From the NCBI GenBank assembly GCA_964650255.1, contig CAZYQT010000006.1:1-24000 (forward strand): a stretch of DNA of 24,000 nt, read 5' to 3'. Source of the stretch: an uncultured Candidatus Saccharibacteria bacterium. Lineage in GTDB: Bacteria; Patescibacteriota; Doudnabacteria; UBA920. The first letter of the stretch is position 1. Every line of letters starts with the position of its first letter. Position numbers and translations under genes: made by a program. Below the pieces are notes generated by a model. The model was not told the origin of the DNA and made no database searches. It worked only from the letters and a program-made list of their open reading frames with translations. This document shows positions 21,053 through 24,000 of this stretch, piece after piece.

Positions 21053-22930
21053 ATGGGTAAAATTATTAAAAATATCATCTTAATCCTGATTGGATTTTTG
21101 ATTATCTCTGTGGTGATTGCCGCCTTTACCACTCACAAAGAAACCAAGGTAGTAGCGTTGTCCGAAGTTGGGCAAATGATTAAAGATGATAAAGTTGAGA
21201 CTTTAGAAGTTAGCTCCTCGGAATTAGAAGTTAAACTTAAGGGTGATAATACAAAACAAAAAGCCAACCTTGGTTTGAATACAGACATCCCGAAGTATTT
21301 TGTAGACAGTGGTGTGCCAGCAGACAAATTGGCGAATGTAAAAATTGAATTTAAAACTCCAAGTGCTGCTAGCGAAGTTGCTGGCGCGATTTTGCCATTC
21401 TTAATTCCGTTCGTGTTAATTGCTTTGTTCATTTATTTCCTAATGCGCCAAGTGCAGGGTTCAAACAATCGCGCTTTAACTTTTGGACAGAGTTCAGTGA
21501 AGTTATCTGATGAGCAAAAGAACAAAGTGCGTTTTGCAGATGTAGCTGGTGCGAAAGAGGCAAAAGAAGAGTTGTCCGAAATTGTGCAGTTCTTAAAATT
21601 TCCACAAAAGTTTTTAGCGTTAGGTGCAAAAATCCCTAAAGGTGTTTTGTTGCTTGGTTCTCCGGGTGTTGGTAAGACTATGTTGGCTCGTGCAGTTGCC
21701 GGGGAAGCGAACGTACCGTTCTTCCATATTAGTGGTTCTGAGTTCGTAGAAATGTTTGTCGGTGTTGGTGCATCTCGTGTGCGTGATTTATTTAAGAAAG
21801 CAAAGCGCAATGCTCCTTGTATTGTGTTCATCGATGAAATTGATGCTGTTGGTCGCCAGCGGGGAGCAGGGCTCGGCGGTGGTCATGATGAACGCGAACA
21901 AACCTTGAACCAAATCTTAGTTGAGATGGATGGTTTTGAAACAGACACAAATGTAATCGTAGTAGCAGCGACCAACCGTCCAGATGTTTTGGATCCTGCG
22001 CTTCTTCGTCCCGGCCGGTTTGATCGTCAGGTCATTTTGGATTTACCAGACATTAATGACCGAGAAGCGATTTTGCAAATCCACAGTAAAAACAAACCGT
22101 TTGGCACTGGCGTAAATCTTCGCAAGATTGCTGAACGCACCCCTGGATTTTCAGGAGCCGATTTAGCTAACTTAGTTAATGAAGCGGCGATTTTGGCGGC
22201 TCGTACAGATAAAAAAGTTATAGATAACGAGGATTTAAAGGAAGCGATTGAAAAGATTGTTGTGGGTCCATCTCGCAAAAGCCACCTAATGTCTGATTAT
22301 GAAAAGAAGGTAACAGCTTACCACGAAGGTGGTCATGCCTTGGTGGGGGCGGTGTTGCCAGAAGCTGACCCTGTCCATAAAGTGACTATTCTTTCACGTG
22401 GTCGTGCTCTTGGATATACTTTAAAGTTGCCGGTTGAAGACAAGCACATGCATACCAAACAAAGTTTCTTGGATGAAATTGCATCCGCCATGGGTGGGTA
22501 TGCAGCAGAAAAATTGGTGTTTGGTGAATTAACCACGGGCGCCTCTAATGACCTGGAAAAGGCAACGAAATCTGCTCGACGATTGGTAACCCAGTTTGGT
22601 ATGAGTGATGTTATGGGCCCTGTTGTGTTGGGCGATCGCCACGAAAATGTTTTTCTGGGACGTGATCTTGGCGAACAAAGAAATTACAGTGAAGCTACTG
22701 CTCAACAAATTGATGCCGAGGTGCGCCGAATTTTAGTTGATGCAGAAGAGCGAGCCACTCAAATTATGACTCAGCACCGTGCCTATTTAGATATCATCGC
22801 AGATCGGTTGGTGAAAGAAGAAACTTTGGAACAGGAGGCCTTCACGGAAATAGTTAAGGATATTATCCCTCCAGATAAAAAGATGGTTCCTGAATTCAAG
22901 AATACTGACTTAGATAACGAAGTGGAGTAG
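21053..22930 (+). CDS. ftsH: ATP-dependent zinc metalloprotease FtsH
   Basis: N-terminal transmembrane helices, Walker A GSPGVGKT, Walker [10 protein letters not shown] and the HEGGHA zinc site. The tracked start at 20951 overlaps the tRNA, so ATG 21053 (MGKIIKNI...) is the real start. Confidence 0.95.
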   Translation: MGKIIKNIILILIGFLIISVVIAAFTTHKETKVVALSEVGQMIKDDKVETLEVSSSELEVKLKGDNTKQKANLGLNTDIPKYFVDSGVPADKLANVKIEFKTPSAASEVAGAILPFLIPFVLIALFIYFLMRQVQGSNNRALTFGQSSVKLSDEQKNKVRFADVAGAKEAKEELSEIVQFLKFPQKFLALGAKIPKGVLLLGSPGVGKTMLARAVAGEANVPFFHISGSEFVEMFVGVGASRVRDLFKKAKRNAPCIVFIDEIDAVGRQRGAGLGGGHDEREQTLNQILVEMDGFETDTNVIVVAATNRPDVLDPALLRPGRFDRQVILDLPDINDREAILQIHSKNKPFGTGVNLRKIAERTPGFSGADLANLVNEAAILAARTDKKVIDNEDLKEAIEKIVVGPSRKSHLMSDYEKKVTAYHEGGHALVGAVLPEADPVHKVTILSRGRALGYTLKLPVEDKHMHTKQSFLDEIASAMGGYAAEKLVFGELTTGASNDLEKATKSARRLVTQFGMSDVMGPVVLGDRHENVFLGRDLGEQRNYSEATAQQIDAEVRRILVDAEERATQIMTQHRAYLDIIADRLVKEETLEQEAFTEIVKDIIPPDKKMVPEFKNTDLDNEVE

Positions 22931-22942
22931 TTCGCAGTAAAC

Positions 22943-23827
22943 TTGCCGGCAGTGCAAAATAAAAATATTTTCCGCCATGCATACGTCTTGACCTTAAAAA
23001 ACCCTTTGCTGTGGTTATTTGGTCTGGTACTGTTTGGCGGATTTAATTTATACTTAGTTAATTTTTTTGCCCTTCTGCCGGATAAATACAACTGGTCATC
23101 AATTTCATTTTGGTATATCTTTGCGCAGATCTCAGATGACGCCGGAATATTTTTACTGATTTCGATTATAGCATTTCTACTTTTGAATTTAGTAAAAGTA
23201 AACTTTATTGTTGCTGCGCACAATTTGATTCACACGACCAGTGAAGATAAGTGTCAGTTGTGCCATCATCGGAAAAATCTAGATTCTCCCCAATCGCGGT
23301 TGTATGCTGTCTGGTGGGGAAGGATATTGTTGGCAAGTTTGTACACAGTTTTTTTAACAATGATATTTTCAGTCCCGAGTAATATTTTTGCAGTTCATAA
23401 TTCCTATACGAATGTGGCCGCAATGATTTTAAATTTGTTTGCTTTGATTATAGTTGTCGCAGCCATTGGTACTTGGAATGCTTTTACAGGCTACTTTATT
23501 GTTTGGTACGGATTAGGCTTCCGAGCGGCCGCGCAAGCCGCAGCCAGTTTAATAGTTACAAGGTTTAAGAAAATTTTGGAATTTGTGGTGGTTTTATCAA
23601 TTATTTATACTATTTCAGTTGTAATCGGAAATGCCTTTATCCACGCATGGCAACATGGTGTTCCAGGTCTAGAGCAGGGTGGTGCGCGCGTTATATTCCT
23701 GTTGATGTTTGTGCTTTGGCTAGCTGTAAATAATACTTATTTTAATTTGGCTTTCTTATTGTTTTTCGACAGCACAGTTACAGCTATTCCAGCCGAGAAA
23801 CCAGAAGCCTTGCCACAGGCACAATAA
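22943..23827 (+). CDS. Hypothetical polytopic membrane protein, about 294 aa
   Basis: Long ORF with at least 6 hydrophobic helices. The start is uncertain (TTG 22943 or GTG 22952). No family recognised. Confidence 0.55.
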   Translation: MPAVQNKNIFRHAYVLTLKNPLLWLFGLVLFGGFNLYLVNFFALLPDKYNWSSISFWYIFAQISDDAGIFLLISIIAFLLLNLVKVNFIVAAHNLIHTTSEDKCQLCHHRKNLDSPQSRLYAVWWGRILLASLYTVFLTMIFSVPSNIFAVHNSYTNVAAMILNLFALIIVVAAIGTWNAFTGYFIVWYGLGFRAAAQAAASLIVTRFKKILEFVVVLSIIYTISVVIGNAFIHAWQHGVPGLEQGGARVIFLLMFVLWLAVNNTYFNLAFLLFFDSTVTAIPAEKPEALPQAQ

Positions 23828-23880
23828 AACTTTATTTTTTCTTTATCTGTTCTCGAGGTGGGTTGTTGCATAATTAGAAT

Positions 23881-24000
23881 ATGCAATCGAAATGGTCTCA
23901 TCTGAAGGCAAAAGCTATTGGTTTACGAAGGAAAGGAAATTCACTAACACAAATTAGTGCTGACTTAGGTATCCCAAAGCCCACTTTAAGTGGCTGGTTC
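23881..24000 (+). CDS. Partial ORF (first 40 codons) with an N-terminal HTH-like segment; runs off the window
   Basis: MQSKWSHLKAKAIGLRRKGNSLTQISADLGIPKPTLSGWF is open to the window edge. CATAAT-tagaat-ATG lies just upstream. The HTH pattern resembles resolvase/transposase-type or homing-endonuclease-associated N-termini, but too little sequence is present to decide. Confidence 0.4.
   Translation, partial: MQSKWSHLKAKAIGLRRKGNSLTQISADLGIPKPTLSGWF

Overview
The gene content, short intergenic gaps, frequent lack of Shine-Dalgarno sites and a VirB2/TrbC-like pilin family suggest a small-genome, AT-leaning bacterium, possibly Candidate Phyla Radiation/Patescibacteria. That assignment is inference, not verified. 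Housekeeping genes present: ftsK, a TrmB-like regulator, a RodZ-like protein, recA, a DnaQ-exonuclease/DinG-like fusion, a DksA/TraR-like protein, lspA, comM/yifB, galU, an orphan solute-binding lipoprotein, tRNA-Leu(UAG), ftsH and a polytopic membrane protein. Five things stand out. (1) A three-ORF operon at 4390-6212, transcribed divergently from the TrmB-like gene. Both of its intercistronic gaps carry a canonical type III hammerhead ribozyme, each preceded by a covarying 7-bp hairpin. The two predicted cleavage sites lie 751 nt apart and bracket the middle ORF. (2) Eight tandem paralogs at 15967-20867 share a C-terminal two-helix VirB2/TrbC-like pilin module. Their N-terminal regions differ completely, and no secretion machinery is visible in the window. 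(3) An ORF-free stretch of about 470 nt at 10857-11329 is bounded by a promoter and a terminator and is heavily structured. I could not match it to tmRNA, RNase P or SRP signatures. (4) A 45-nt motif, 37/45 identical without gaps, lies upstream of both recA and comM. (5) A -10 box sits 6-7 nt upstream of the ATG at five genes, which suggests leaderless mRNAs. The accessory ORFs, by contrast, have strong Shine-Dalgarno sites. No CRISPR array, transposase or rRNA was seen.
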